Notes under the pieces: model-generated | Databases searched by the model: none | What the model saw: the letters and a program-made list of their open reading frames with translations, nothing else | What the model was told of the DNA's origin: nothing | Shown here: positions 25,617 to 35,356 of the stretch, piece by piece | Position numbering within the stretch: position 1 is the first letter of the stretch | Layout: every line of letters begins with the position of its first letter | Position numbers and translations under genes: made by a program | From: Candidatus Woesearchaeota archaeon | GTDB lineage: Archaea; Nanobdellota; Nanobdellia; Pacearchaeales; GW2011-AR1 | NCBI GenBank assembly: GCA_964608525.1 | Contig: CAZSNJ010000001.1 | Span: 31,639-72,055, forward strand | Direction: 5' to 3' | Length of the DNA stretch: 40,417 bases

Positions 25617-26576
25617 ATGAAATTTTCACTGATAATCCCTTTAGCTCCTGAAAGAGGTGCTGAAATAATAGATTCTATTAAAAAATTAAATTACCCTAAA
25701 TCAGATTTCCATATAATTATTGTTAAAGGTAAAAATCCATCTGACAACAGAAACAAAGGAGCAATGAATGCAAAAGGAGAGATAATTGGATTCTTGGATG
25801 ATGATGCAGTAGTTGATGTAGATTTACTAAAAAATGTTGAAGAATTTTTTAAAGAACATCAAAATATAGATATTGTTGGTGGACCTCAATTAACACCCCA
25901 TGACGAAACAGGTTTTGCAAAAATTTCAGGTTATGCTTTAAGTTCTAAGTTTGGAGCGTGGAATTTATCTCAAAGATATTCAAGAAAAAAATTAAATCTA
26001 AATGCCGATGAAGGATCTATTACTTCTGCTAATCTCTTTGTTAAAAAGAATGTTATTGATAAAATAAAATTTGATTCAAATTTATTTCCTGGAGAAGACC
26101 CAAAATTTATTGATGACGCAAAAAAATATGGATTTAATGTTGCATATTCTCCTGACTTAATTATGTATCATAGAAGAAGGCCCAATATTAAAAGTCTTAT
26201 AAAACAAATATTTAATTATGGAAAGGTTAGACCTGCAAAAGAATCTTTTATTAGTACTCTTAAAAAACCATCTTTTCTTATCCCAAGCGTCTTCTTTATT
26301 TATTTATCAATATTAGCAATTTCTATCTTAGTAAATCCGACAATTACTGGAGGAGCTATTGGAATTGGAAAGAATACTAATTACTTATCTCTAAACTTCT
26401 TATTATTTGTTCCCTTGTTTTTTTATATTCTTTTAAGTTTAGGATTCTCAATATATGATTCAATAAAGAATAAGGCTTATAAAGCAACTTTATTTTTGCC
26501 TTTTATCTATCCTATGATTCATATTAGTTATGGAGCTGGAATGATTTATGGATATCTTAAGAAATTGAAAAAATAA
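25617..26576 (+). CDS. GT2 glycosyltransferase with C-terminal TM helices
   Basis: Blocks FSLIIPLAPERG, NKGAMNAKGEIIGFLDDDAVVD and PGEDPKF, followed by a hydrophobic C-terminal third. Confidence 0.8.
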   Translation: MKFSLIIPLAPERGAEIIDSIKKLNYPKSDFHIIIVKGKNPSDNRNKGAMNAKGEIIGFLDDDAVVDVDLLKNVEEFFKEHQNIDIVGGPQLTPHDETGFAKISGYALSSKFGAWNLSQRYSRKKLNLNADEGSITSANLFVKKNVIDKIKFDSNLFPGEDPKFIDDAKKYGFNVAYSPDLIMYHRRRPNIKSLIKQIFNYGKVRPAKESFISTLKKPSFLIPSVFFIYLSILAISILVNPTITGGAIGIGKNTNYLSLNFLLFVPLFFYILLSLGFSIYDSIKNKAYKATLFLPFIYPMIHISYGAGMIYGYLKKLKK

Positions 26577-26581
26577 AGATA

Positions 26582-27754
26582 CTATTTTTTAAATAAAATT
26601 CTTCCATCTATTTTAAATTGATGCTTTAATTGCATTAATTGCAAGAGTGTTGGAAATAGATCCTCCATTTTTGCTTGTTTTGTAAATTTTTTATTCATTG
26701 TAAAAAAAGCTATTTCATTTTTATCAGAAAGATCATATCCATGCATCCCTTTAACAGGAGAATTATTAAAAAAATTTGGATATAGAAGAGTTCCTGAATT
26801 TAATAGAAAAATTTCATCCCCATAGAGATTATTATTAAAATCAATTTTTAAATTCTTTTTATCTTGTTTTGATAATATCTTTCCATAATCCTCGTGTTCT
26901 TCTAAAATAGATAAAACTTGTTTTTTTATGTCTTTATTAAAAAACCAAAATCTAGCCATTGTAGATTCTAAAAAATATACATAATCTTTTCCAAATTCTG
27001 GAAGTTTTGATTGTAAATCTAATATTTTGTTTACTGAAACCATTCCATGATCGGACCATATTAAAATATTATCTTTTTCTAAATCAAAATTAAACAAAAT
27101 CTCCTTAACTAAATTATCTGTTTTTTGTAAAGTTCTTCTTATCTCATCAGATTTTGGTCCAAATTTATGCCCTATTGGATCAAGATCAGTTAAGTGAATA
27201 TAATTAAAAGAATTTTTATTAATAAGTTTTAAGAATTTTTTTACCCTAGTTTCATCATTATTTTTAAATGTATAATGAAGTCTTGATTTCCCATTTTCAA
27301 TAATAAAAGGAAAATCATAAAAAAGATATTTAATTTTATTTTTTTTAAAAATACTAAATAATGTCTCGTTAGAATCTTGTTGGAAAAAATGTTTTTTCTG
27401 TTTTAGTTTAAAATATTTAAGATAATCCATATTTATTGCAGGATAAGACATATCATTACCAATTAAATGATTAAAAAAATTTATTATATGAAATTTTAAT
27501 TTTCTTGGAAATGGGAATAATAATATGGAATACGGAAATTTTCTTACTTTTCCATCATAAATATAATTAGTAAACAAACCTAATTTTCTTGGATGCATTC
27601 CTGTATAAAAACCAACTGTATTTTTAAATCCAAAATGTTGAAATAACTGTCCAACCCCATATCTCTTAGTTAAATTATATAAAAAAGGGGTATCAGAAGA
27701 TGTAATATAATCTCTTCTAAAAGCATCGAGCATTAAAACAATAGTTCTTGTCAT
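26582..27754 (-). CDS. alkaline-phosphatase superfamily protein, NPP / type I phosphodiesterase-like
   Basis: Blocks IVLMLDAFRRDYI (DGFR.DY-like), HLTDLDPIGHKFGP and WSDHGM are metal-site blocks of the nucleotide pyrophosphatase/phosphodiesterase family. Confidence 0.8.
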   Translation of the reverse strand: MTRTIVLMLDAFRRDYITSSDTPFLYNLTKRYGVGQLFQHFGFKNTVGFYTGMHPRKLGLFTNYIYDGKVRKFPYSILLFPFPRKLKFHIINFFNHLIGNDMSYPAINMDYLKYFKLKQKKHFFQQDSNETLFSIFKKNKIKYLFYDFPFIIENGKSRLHYTFKNNDETRVKKFLKLINKNSFNYIHLTDLDPIGHKFGPKSDEIRRTLQKTDNLVKEILFNFDLEKDNILIWSDHGMVSVNKILDLQSKLPEFGKDYVYFLESTMARFWFFNKDIKKQVLSILEEHEDYGKILSKQDKKNLKIDFNNNLYGDEIFLLNSGTLLYPNFFNNSPVKGMHGYDLSDKNEIAFFTMNKKFTKQAKMEDLFPTLLQLMQLKHQFKIDGRILFKK

Positions 27755-27786
27755 TATTTCTTAAGAAAATTTGGTTTTAAAAAATT

Positions 27787-29181
27787 ATGTTTTTAGAGAT
27801 AATAAACATTATAAAGGCAATTAATTTTTCTAGAATTACATTGAAAATAGAATATACAAAAAATAAAAGCAAATTAGTAGAAAAATATCTAAAAGAAAAA
27901 ATTGAGATAATTGTTGATACAATTCGTAAAAGAATCCCGGATACAATAAGTATTATTATGGGAGGAGGTTTTGGCAAAGGGGAAGGAAGCGTGGTTGTAA
28001 AAAACAAAGAAGTTATACTAATAAATGATTTCGATATGTATGTTGTTGCAAAAAAAGAATATAATGAAGACATAATAAATGATATTGCACAAGAAGCATC
28101 AAGAAAGATAGGGAAAAAGGGAATTAGCTCTTTTATAAAATTCAATAAAAACAGGCCTCTTTTAAAAGATTTTTTTTATATTGATTTAAAAGTTATTCCA
28201 TATGACTATTTAAAGAAATTACCCCCAATGGTAAAATATTATGATTTAAGAAATTCAAGTAAAATAGTTTATGGAAAAAATACTCTAAATGAAATACCTG
28301 ATTTTAAACCAAATAATCTTCCAGTAGCCGAAGGTGCAAGACTCTTATTAAATAGGATGAGTCATTTAGTCCAACATTTTTATTCTTCATTTTTTACAAA
28401 AAATGTAAGAGAATGTGATCATCAAATATTTTTATTACACACAATCAAAACCTATACAGATGCTTGTGGTGCTTTACTGATATTGTCTAAAAAATATGAA
28501 CCAACTTATAGTAAAAGGGTTGATGTTTTCAAAAAAACATATTTAAAAGATTTTCCTGAATTAAAAAAACTTATTCCAGAGTATGTTGAAAAAATAAAAG
28601 AATTTACAGAACTTAAAATTAATTTTAATTTAGGTGCTTATAAGAAAAAAGATCTAGAATTATGGAAACAATCAAGAAATTATATTGGTATTTCTACTAA
28701 ATATTTTTTTGAGAAATTTTTAGGTAAAAAAATAAATAATTACTATGATTTATCAAAAGCAATAGAAAAATCAGCAATAAAATATTATAATCCTTATATT
28801 AAATATATTTTAAAAAGAAAGTTTAAATTAAATATTAATAACAAATATATTCTTGGTCTTGGTTCAATTGTAGCACATATTTACATGAATTTTCTATATT
28901 TTAATCGTATGAAAGAAGGACATAATAAACTCTATATTAGAGGTCTATTTCGAATAAAACCTCCTGAATTAACATTTTTCTCAGCATTACCTTTGATATT
29001 GTTTAGTTTAAAGCATAATGGAAAAGTTAATTTAAAGATGTTAGAAGATGGAAAAAGAATATTACAAAAAGTATATCCTGTAAATGTAAAAAATGAAGGA
29101 GATGATTTAAAATATTGGGAAGATATTGCGAGTGTTTATTCTAATGCTTATGTTTTATTTGCATTTTTAAAGTTGAAATAG
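27787..29181 (+). CDS. hypothetical protein with a Pol-beta-superfamily nucleotidyltransferase-like N-terminal motif
   Basis: 464 aa. MGGGFGKGEGS-x12-DFDMYVV fits hG[GS]-x9-13-Dh[DE]h, with a candidate third carboxylate in FYIDLKV. The C-terminal ~300 aa are helical and unrecognised. The start codon is uncertain. Confidence 0.5.
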   Translation: MFLEIINIIKAINFSRITLKIEYTKNKSKLVEKYLKEKIEIIVDTIRKRIPDTISIIMGGGFGKGEGSVVVKNKEVILINDFDMYVVAKKEYNEDIINDIAQEASRKIGKKGISSFIKFNKNRPLLKDFFYIDLKVIPYDYLKKLPPMVKYYDLRNSSKIVYGKNTLNEIPDFKPNNLPVAEGARLLLNRMSHLVQHFYSSFFTKNVRECDHQIFLLHTIKTYTDACGALLILSKKYEPTYSKRVDVFKKTYLKDFPELKKLIPEYVEKIKEFTELKINFNLGAYKKKDLELWKQSRNYIGISTKYFFEKFLGKKINNYYDLSKAIEKSAIKYYNPYIKYILKRKFKLNINNKYILGLGSIVAHIYMNFLYFNRMKEGHNKLYIRGLFRIKPPELTFFSALPLILFSLKHNGKVNLKMLEDGKRILQKVYPVNVKNEGDDLKYWEDIASVYSNAYVLFAFLKLK

Positions 29182-29182
29182 G

Positions 29183-30655
29183 TTAATCTATCAACTTCTT
29201 ATAAAAAGAAAGAAATTTATGTTCTATCATTAAATTAAAAAAATTAAATTTAAATCTTGCTCTTGCAATTGGTTCATAAAGTTTACTTAAAATTTTAATG
29301 GTTTTTTTCACATCTAATAAATTCGATCCTTTTTGATTAAGAAAATAAGATGCAAACTGGATATTAGATAATCTCTTTTTCTCTTTAGAATCTACCCAAG
29401 GAGTTTTTATTTTATCACCACTATATTCTATCCATCCTTCTATTGATTTTGGAGGTATAAATCCAAATTTTCCTAAATTATTATACAAGGGAGTGCCTGG
29501 ATAAGGAGTATAACAATAAACACCATTTATTTCTGCATTAGGATTTTCTTTTAGTAATTTTAAAGCACTATTCAATGTTAATTTTACATCTTCCTTAGTT
29601 TCTGTTGGAAATCCAACTACAAAATTATATCCAGGAGTAATGTTAAATTTTGATATTTTTTTATTTAATTCGAAAACATCTTCAATTTTTTGAGGTTTGT
29701 TTACAAGTTTTAGAATTCTGTTTGATCCACTTTCTACTCCTATTTCTAATCTTTCGAGTCCTGCTTTACTCATTTTTCTAAAATACTTTTCATTCATTCT
29801 TTTTGAAGAAGGTATTTCTAAAGTTCCTTTCCAAATAATATCCATTTTATTAATAATTATATTATCTGCAATTTTTTCCATTCTATCAAGATTAACAAAT
29901 AGATTATCGTCCAGAAAATCAAAATATCTTATATTATGTTTATGATATAATACAGATATTACTTTAAATGCATTTTCAGCGCTTAATGTTCTCCAACGAC
30001 TTTTATTAAAAATAGAATTATAGCAATAAGTACAAGAAAAAGGACAACCGCGAGATAACTGGACATGTAAACTTCTTCTTCCTTTATATTTCCCAGTATA
30101 TTTTTCTAAATCAATTAAATTATAAGGAATTTCAGGTAATGTATTCAAATCAATAAAACCTCTTTCAGGATTATTAATTATTTTGCCATTATCTTTAAAT
30201 GAAATTCCCTTTACAGATTTTAAACTTTTATTTTTCTCTAAATTATTAATTAATTCTTTAAAAGTTTCTTCGCCTTCTCCTCTAACAACAATATCTACAT
30301 TTTTATTTTTTAGAACATTATGAGAATCTAGAGTTGGATGAATTCCTCCCCAAACAACAGGGTAATTTCCTTTGCTTTTAATTCTTTTACTAATATCTAG
30401 TGCATAATAAAGTTGTTCTCCTGTCATTGAAGTTAAACCAATACATATAGGATTTTTTTCAAGTAATTTATCAATTTCCTTTTCCCAATCAGTATGAATT
30501 CTCTGATCAAAGATTATCACTTCATAATCCTTATTAATCATTGATGCAACATATAATAAAGCTAAAGGAATTGCATAATTAGTTTTAACACTATCTAAAT
30601 AACCTACTTTAGGCTGTATTAATATTACTATATTCTTCCTTGTTTTTTTAACCAT
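29183..30655 (-). CDS. B12-binding-domain radical SAM enzyme (class B-like)
   Basis: N-terminal Rossmann-like cobalamin-domain pattern (IVILIQPK...ICIGLTSMTGEQ...VVWGGIHPT...VVRGEGEE), followed by RGCPFSCTYC (CxxxCxxC). Confidence 0.85.
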   Translation of the reverse strand: MVKKTRKNIVILIQPKVGYLDSVKTNYAIPLALLYVASMINKDYEVIIFDQRIHTDWEKEIDKLLEKNPICIGLTSMTGEQLYYALDISKRIKSKGNYPVVWGGIHPTLDSHNVLKNKNVDIVVRGEGEETFKELINNLEKNKSLKSVKGISFKDNGKIINNPERGFIDLNTLPEIPYNLIDLEKYTGKYKGRRSLHVQLSRGCPFSCTYCYNSIFNKSRWRTLSAENAFKVISVLYHKHNIRYFDFLDDNLFVNLDRMEKIADNIIINKMDIIWKGTLEIPSSKRMNEKYFRKMSKAGLERLEIGVESGSNRILKLVNKPQKIEDVFELNKKISKFNITPGYNFVVGFPTETKEDVKLTLNSALKLLKENPNAEINGVYCYTPYPGTPLYNNLGKFGFIPPKSIEGWIEYSGDKIKTPWVDSKEKKRLSNIQFASYFLNQKGSNLLDVKKTIKILSKLYEPIARARFKFNFFNLMIEHKFLSFYKKLID

Positions 30656-31638
30656 TTTATTTCCTCATAAATACTTAATTTTACAGATTTTGGAGAAAAC
30701 CCGAGTTCTTTTTTTGCGCGAAGTATTGAATAGTTTCTATCTTGAGACATTGAATGAACTCTTTTTCTTGAAATAAAAGGCTGTGTTTTAAAAATTTTTG
30801 CAAGATATTCAAATACATCTCCCATAACTAACATTAAGGGTTTAGGTATTGATAGGATAATTGGCCTTCTTGAAATAATATTATTTTTAATTAAAGAATT
30901 GGTTATCATACTTACTAATTCTCTTTGTTTATAGGGCCTTTCATCAGAAATAATATAGGTTCCAAATACTTTAATATTTTTATTTAAACAACAAATTATT
31001 GCGTCACTCACACTATCAACTGATACTAATATTGTATGAAATTTTCCTCCACTTAATAATGGAACAAATCCTCTTTTAATCATATTTACAAGTTTTACAA
31101 TATCATTTTTTCTATCCCCTTTTCCTATTACCCAAGTAGGTCTTAAAATAAAAATTTTAAGTTTAGATTTATTTGAAATTTCATGAAGAGCTAATTCAGA
31201 TTCCCATTTACTTTTTTCATAAGGGATTATTGGATTAGGTTTATCATTTTCATCCATTATCCCCTCGCAGAATGAACCCATTGCAGCAATACTGCTTAAA
31301 TATATAAATTTTTTAACTTTTGATTCTATACTTGCTTGTGCAATTGTTTTTGTTCCTTCTACATTTACTTTTTGATATAATTTATATGCTTCATCTGAAT
31401 TTTCAGAAACATTACCAACTCCAACTAAATGTATAACCACATCTATTTTTTTTAGATTTTTAACTAATTTATTATAGTCTGTTAGTTCTCCAACAACAAC
31501 TTTACATCCTTTTTTTTCTAATTTTAATTTATCCTTAGAATTTCGAATATAACATTTTAATTTATGCTTCTTTTTTAATAATTTATCTAATAAGTTTAAT
31601 CCAATAAATCCCGTAATACCTGTTATGAAAATTTTCAT
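30628..31638 (-). CDS. NAD-dependent epimerase/dehydratase (extended SDR)
   Basis: MKIFITGITGFIGLNL (GxxGxxG) and PYEKSK (YxxxK). 4-nt ATGA overlap with the upstream gene and a 28-nt overlap with the downstream gene. Confidence 0.85.
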   Translation of the reverse strand: MKIFITGITGFIGLNLLDKLLKKKHKLKCYIRNSKDKLKLEKKGCKVVVGELTDYNKLVKNLKKIDVVIHLVGVGNVSENSDEAYKLYQKVNVEGTKTIAQASIESKVKKFIYLSSIAAMGSFCEGIMDENDKPNPIIPYEKSKWESELALHEISNKSKLKIFILRPTWVIGKGDRKNDIVKLVNMIKRGFVPLLSGGKFHTILVSVDSVSDAIICCLNKNIKVFGTYIISDERPYKQRELVSMITNSLIKNNIISRRPIILSIPKPLMLVMGDVFEYLAKIFKTQPFISRKRVHSMSQDRNYSILRAKKELGFSPKSVKLSIYEEIKWLKKQGRI

Positions 31639-32738
31639 TTAACTAATCCCCCCAGCCCATATAACAATGTTAGATGTAAGTTCTGGGGAATACTTGTATT
31701 TGCTGCAACAGCAAGATAACATCCCTTGCAAGTTGGTAGTGATTTATTTTTCACCTTTTTTCTTATTTCATCTGCTTTTTTAGAAAACCATACTTTTTTA
31801 AAATCAAAATCAACATCATGTAAATTTCCTAATGGAGATTTATCAGCCATCATACAACAAGCCCATACATTTCCATTCGTTGTTATTTGAGTATGATTAA
31901 ATGTTGCATAACAAGGTAATCCATTGCCTTTAATATATTTTTCAATATATATCTTTCTTACAAGATTTGTTAATTTTGTTACATTTTTATTAGTACTATA
32001 AACTCTAAAGACTTTAGCAAGATCTTCTTTTTTTGGTAATATATCTGTATTAATTGTGCCTAATTCATATCTTAATTCAGAAGGCTCCATTATGTAAACA
32101 TCTGGTTTTAATTTATTTACAACATAATCATAAATTTTAGGAACATCATGAACATTCCATTTGCTTACAACAGTATGATAGCATAAATTAGGATGTCCGT
32201 ATTTTTTTTGCAGTCTTCTTATAGCTTTAGTTGTTTCAAGTAATTTTTTCCAATTGCCAGGAATTCCTCTTATCTCATCATGTTTTTCTTCAATATGATC
32301 TAAGGAAATATTTACAGTAAGATTTATATCTTTATTCATTTGTTTGATAAATTTATCTAGAACTTTTTCCACTCTTTCTGGAAAAGTTGCATTTGTACAG
32401 ATTGTTAATATTTTTGGTTTTTTATATTTTTGAATTCCTAAAAGTAATTCATAAGCATCTTTTCTTAAAAACGGCTCTCCTCCAGTAAATACACAAAAAG
32501 TAGAGGGTCCCATTGTTTTCCATGTTTTAAGCCATTGTTCTGTTGTCATTTCTTTTTGTGCCATTTTGGGGTCTTTTCTATATTTTTCCCATATATGACA
32601 GGTTTTGCATCTACTATTACATGCATTGGTTACTGAGAAAACAGAATTTGAAGGCATCATCTTAGGAAAGCCAAATGCTCTAAATCCCTTATAGCCCATA
32701 ATCTGAAAAGCATATTTTAAATAATCTATTGGTTTCAT
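31635..32738 (-). CDS. radical SAM enzyme with a Cys-rich SPASM/twitch-like C-terminus
   Basis: VTNACNSRCKTCHIW (CxxxCxxC) and FTGGEPFL. C-terminal cysteines lie in PCYATF...VWACCMM...PTCKGCYLA. Confidence 0.8.
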   Translation of the reverse strand: MKPIDYLKYAFQIMGYKGFRAFGFPKMMPSNSVFSVTNACNSRCKTCHIWEKYRKDPKMAQKEMTTEQWLKTWKTMGPSTFCVFTGGEPFLRKDAYELLLGIQKYKKPKILTICTNATFPERVEKVLDKFIKQMNKDINLTVNISLDHIEEKHDEIRGIPGNWKKLLETTKAIRRLQKKYGHPNLCYHTVVSKWNVHDVPKIYDYVVNKLKPDVYIMEPSELRYELGTINTDILPKKEDLAKVFRVYSTNKNVTKLTNLVRKIYIEKYIKGNGLPCYATFNHTQITTNGNVWACCMMADKSPLGNLHDVDFDFKKVWFSKKADEIRKKVKNKSLPTCKGCYLAVAANTSIPQNLHLTLLYGLGGLVK

Positions 32739-32785
32739 TTTAATATTTAATTTATATTCTCTTTAATAAACTTTTGTTAGGAATG

Positions 32786-34420
32786 TTATAGTCTTATATT
32801 AGATTCATAAATAATTAAAACTGGTTGATTATCTTTTTCATAAGCTTTAATTGGGACCCACATATCTTGATTTTCCTGCGGATAAGTATATGCCCATTGA
32901 GGATAGGGCTCAAATATAGAGATCATTAAAAATCTTGGCTTTAATTCTTGTATTTGTACTTCAAAATCAGATAAATTCCTAGATAAAGTATATGTATCTC
33001 TTTCTGAATAATATTGTACCTGAGGTTGAGAATCACTTAAGATTACATCTTGTGGATTTGAATTTTCTTTTAACCAAATTCCTGCTTGTTGGACTTCTAA
33101 ATAAGATGTTTTTTTCAAATCAATTAAACTATTTCCAAATTTAATATTTGGAATTAATAACAAACTCAAAATTATCAATATTATTAAAATTATACTAAAT
33201 TCCTTTAATTTAAATTTTTTAATTAAAAAAGATTCTAGAATTACAAAAGGAGAAAATGCAATTAAAAATAAAAAGGGTAATGTCTGCATCATATATCTTT
33301 GTTCTAAATGAGGTGCAATATATCCTAAAAACATAAGTGCAAAAGCAACCCATAAGAAAATAAAAAATTTCTTTTGTACAATTTCATCCTTAAAAATTTT
33401 ATCAAATCCTAAGAATAAGTCAATAAAAAAATAGAAAAAACCAATTATAAATAAAAAATAAATTGGACTTAAAGCAAATAATGAACTATAACCTGCTCCA
33501 TTTCCATCAAGTATATAAGGAAGATTTTTAATATAAACAAAGACAGTTTTAAATCCTCCAACACCTGCAACTTCCCCTGTTTTAGATACATCTGATAACT
33601 GGTCAATTCCAAGATGATAAGTTACAAGATCTACTAATGGATTTCCATAATGTTGAGAATGAAGAATCATCTGGGGAGTTATAATCAAAGCAAATATTCC
33701 AAGAGTTATCCATAATTGCTTATTTCTTATAAATCTAAATTTTTCCTTTACAAAAAAGAATATTAAGAAAACAGGTACAAACATTAAATATTGCATTCTT
33801 GTTAGAATTGCAAGTGCAAAAAATGCTCCAAAAAGATAAAGAAATTTATTTCCTTTTTTAAGAACATAACCTTTCCAGAAAAAAAGTAATGAAGTTAAAA
33901 GAAAAAAAGTTGCAGGAATTGAAGTTAATGGTCTTGCACTAAAAAATAAAAAGATCCATGAGAAACTTAAACCTAAACTTGTTAAAAGAGCTAATTTTTT
34001 ATTAAACATATCTTTTATTAAAAAATAAGAGGCAGCTACAATTCCTGTTGAAAATAAAACCTCTGACAATCTTAAACCTACTTCTCCGAGTCCTAATTTG
34101 AAAAATATTGCACTAAAAAACGGCCAAAAAAATCCTCTTCTATAATACCATGTATCTCTTATATCAAGTCCTAAACCAAATCTTTTTGCAGTTGACAAAT
34201 AATCTCCTGCATCCCACCAGATGGGTTGATTCATTGTTTTAAAAAATATCCAAAGCCTTATTAAAAAAGCTGCTGTTAAAATTATTAAAAAAGTTTTATC
34301 ATAATTATCTGTTATCCAGTTAAATAAAACTCCTTTTCTTTTTTCTATATCTTCCATAAATAAATTAAGATTATATTGGTTTTTATTTGTTATTATTTTG
34401 TACTTTCCACTCTTTTCCAT
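32786..34420 (-). CDS. GT-C fold glycosyltransferase (PMT_2/ArnT-like, GT39/GT83-type)
   Basis: 544 aa with about 12 TM helices. The first extracytoplasmic loop carries an acidic motif (IWWDAGDYLSTAKR). Soluble C-terminal domain. Confidence 0.75.
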   Translation of the reverse strand: MEKSGKYKIITNKNQYNLNLFMEDIEKRKGVLFNWITDNYDKTFLIILTAAFLIRLWIFFKTMNQPIWWDAGDYLSTAKRFGLGLDIRDTWYYRRGFFWPFFSAIFFKLGLGEVGLRLSEVLFSTGIVAASYFLIKDMFNKKLALLTSLGLSFSWIFLFFSARPLTSIPATFFLLTSLLFFWKGYVLKKGNKFLYLFGAFFALAILTRMQYLMFVPVFLIFFFVKEKFRFIRNKQLWITLGIFALIITPQMILHSQHYGNPLVDLVTYHLGIDQLSDVSKTGEVAGVGGFKTVFVYIKNLPYILDGNGAGYSSLFALSPIYFLFIIGFFYFFIDLFLGFDKIFKDEIVQKKFFIFLWVAFALMFLGYIAPHLEQRYMMQTLPFLFLIAFSPFVILESFLIKKFKLKEFSIILIILIILSLLLIPNIKFGNSLIDLKKTSYLEVQQAGIWLKENSNPQDVILSDSQPQVQYYSERDTYTLSRNLSDFEVQIQELKPRFLMISIFEPYPQWAYTYPQENQDMWVPIKAYEKDNQPVLIIYESNIRL

Positions 34421-35271
34421 GCATCTGAATATTTTCTATTTTTTAATTTACTATTATAAAATAAATTTAACCATATATACAGTCTAACTGGAAAAAGGAA
34501 TAATGTCCAAAGGAATTCTTTTAAATTTTGAGGATAATAAAATAACTTAAAACTATCAAAAACTTCATTTGCAAAAGTTTTCATTCTAGGAATTTTTGTA
34601 GGACTTATATATTTACCAAGTGTATCATGTGATGCTGCAGCTCTTATTTTTTGCTTAATAAAATCATTAAATTTACTTGGATATTTAACATAAACTTCTG
34701 AATTGTGAGCATATTTTATTTGATAGTTTTTTAAATAAAACATCACAGGAACAATAGTATCTTCTGCAATATCTATTGGAAATTTTTTAATTACCTTATT
34801 TCTAAACGCCCATAGATATCCTGAACATTCTAAAAATTTATTTTTTTTAGCTCTTTTTTTTCTTAATTCATGTGCTCCTGCATCAACTAAAATATGTGAC
34901 CAATAACCTAGAATAGTATTTCTTGGTTCAGTTGAAATAGGTCTTCCACTAACACAACCAACTGTTTTATCTTTGAAATATTTTAAAATTTCATTTACAG
35001 AATTTTGAGATACAAATACATCACCATCAGTTAAAACTATTATTTCTCCTTTTATATTTTTTAAAAGAGAATTAAGTGCATATGACTTTCCCTTGCCTTT
35101 ATCCTTAAAAAGTTTAACTTTTTTATATTTTTTAACAACATTTTGAGTTTCTTTATCTGGACTTGACACTATTAATTCATATTTTTCTTTAATATTCTGC
35201 TGTAAAAATGATTCTATTGCTTTTCCAATTGTATATGACTCATTAAATGAAGTAATTATTATTGATATCAT
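34393..35271 (-). CDS. GT2 glycosyltransferase
   Basis: ISIIITSFNESYTIGKAIESF and IVLTDGDVFV (DxD). First gene of the minus-strand operon, with a 28-nt overlap with the GT-C gene. Confidence 0.8.
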   Translation of the reverse strand: MISIIITSFNESYTIGKAIESFLQQNIKEKYELIVSSPDKETQNVVKKYKKVKLFKDKGKGKSYALNSLLKNIKGEIIVLTDGDVFVSQNSVNEILKYFKDKTVGCVSGRPISTEPRNTILGYWSHILVDAGAHELRKKRAKKNKFLECSGYLWAFRNKVIKKFPIDIAEDTIVPVMFYLKNYQIKYAHNSEVYVKYPSKFNDFIKQKIRAAASHDTLGKYISPTKIPRMKTFANEVFDSFKLFYYPQNLKEFLWTLFLFPVRLYIWLNLFYNSKLKNRKYSDAWKRVESTK

Positions 35272-35291
35272 TAAAATTTTAAAATTTTTGG

Positions 35292-35305
35292 GTTTTTAAA
35301 ATTTT
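35292..35305 (-). promoter_or_regulatory. BRE/TATA-like box, leaderless geometry
   Basis: The minus strand reads aaaattttaaaaac. Its 3' end (35292) is exactly 21 nt from the A of the ATG at 35271. Confidence 0.4.
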
Positions 35306-35356
35306 AGAAAGAAACCTAAAGAGATGATTTGTAATTATAGAATGATAACATAACCG

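Noticed and set aside
27777-28145. 122-aa minus-strand ORF overlapping the start of the 464-aa gene. Similar shadow ORFs are 15675-15926(+), 17921-18154(-), 20773-20964(-), 22308-22505(-), 25394-25582(-), 29697-29945(+), 35402-35587(-), 35610-35813(-) and 36740-36946(+).
   Set aside because: These are antisense shadow ORFs inside longer ORFs that carry motifs. Their composition is hydrophobic low complexity and they have no independent support.
27787-29181. The nucleotidyltransferase-like protein as a CBASS-type cyclic-nucleotide synthase defence gene.
   Set aside because: No effector, Cap-type accessory or sensor gene is adjacent. The neighbourhood is glycosyltransferase-rich. Only the minimal NTase motif is visible.
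26582-32738. The SPASM-type radical SAM protein acting as an anaerobic sulfatase-maturating enzyme for the nearby alkaline-phosphatase-superfamily protein.
   Set aside because: The 390-aa protein has the NPP/phosphodiesterase N-terminal block (DAFRRDY) and no C/S-x-P-x-R sulfatase motif. The two genes are in different transcription units about 4 kb apart.
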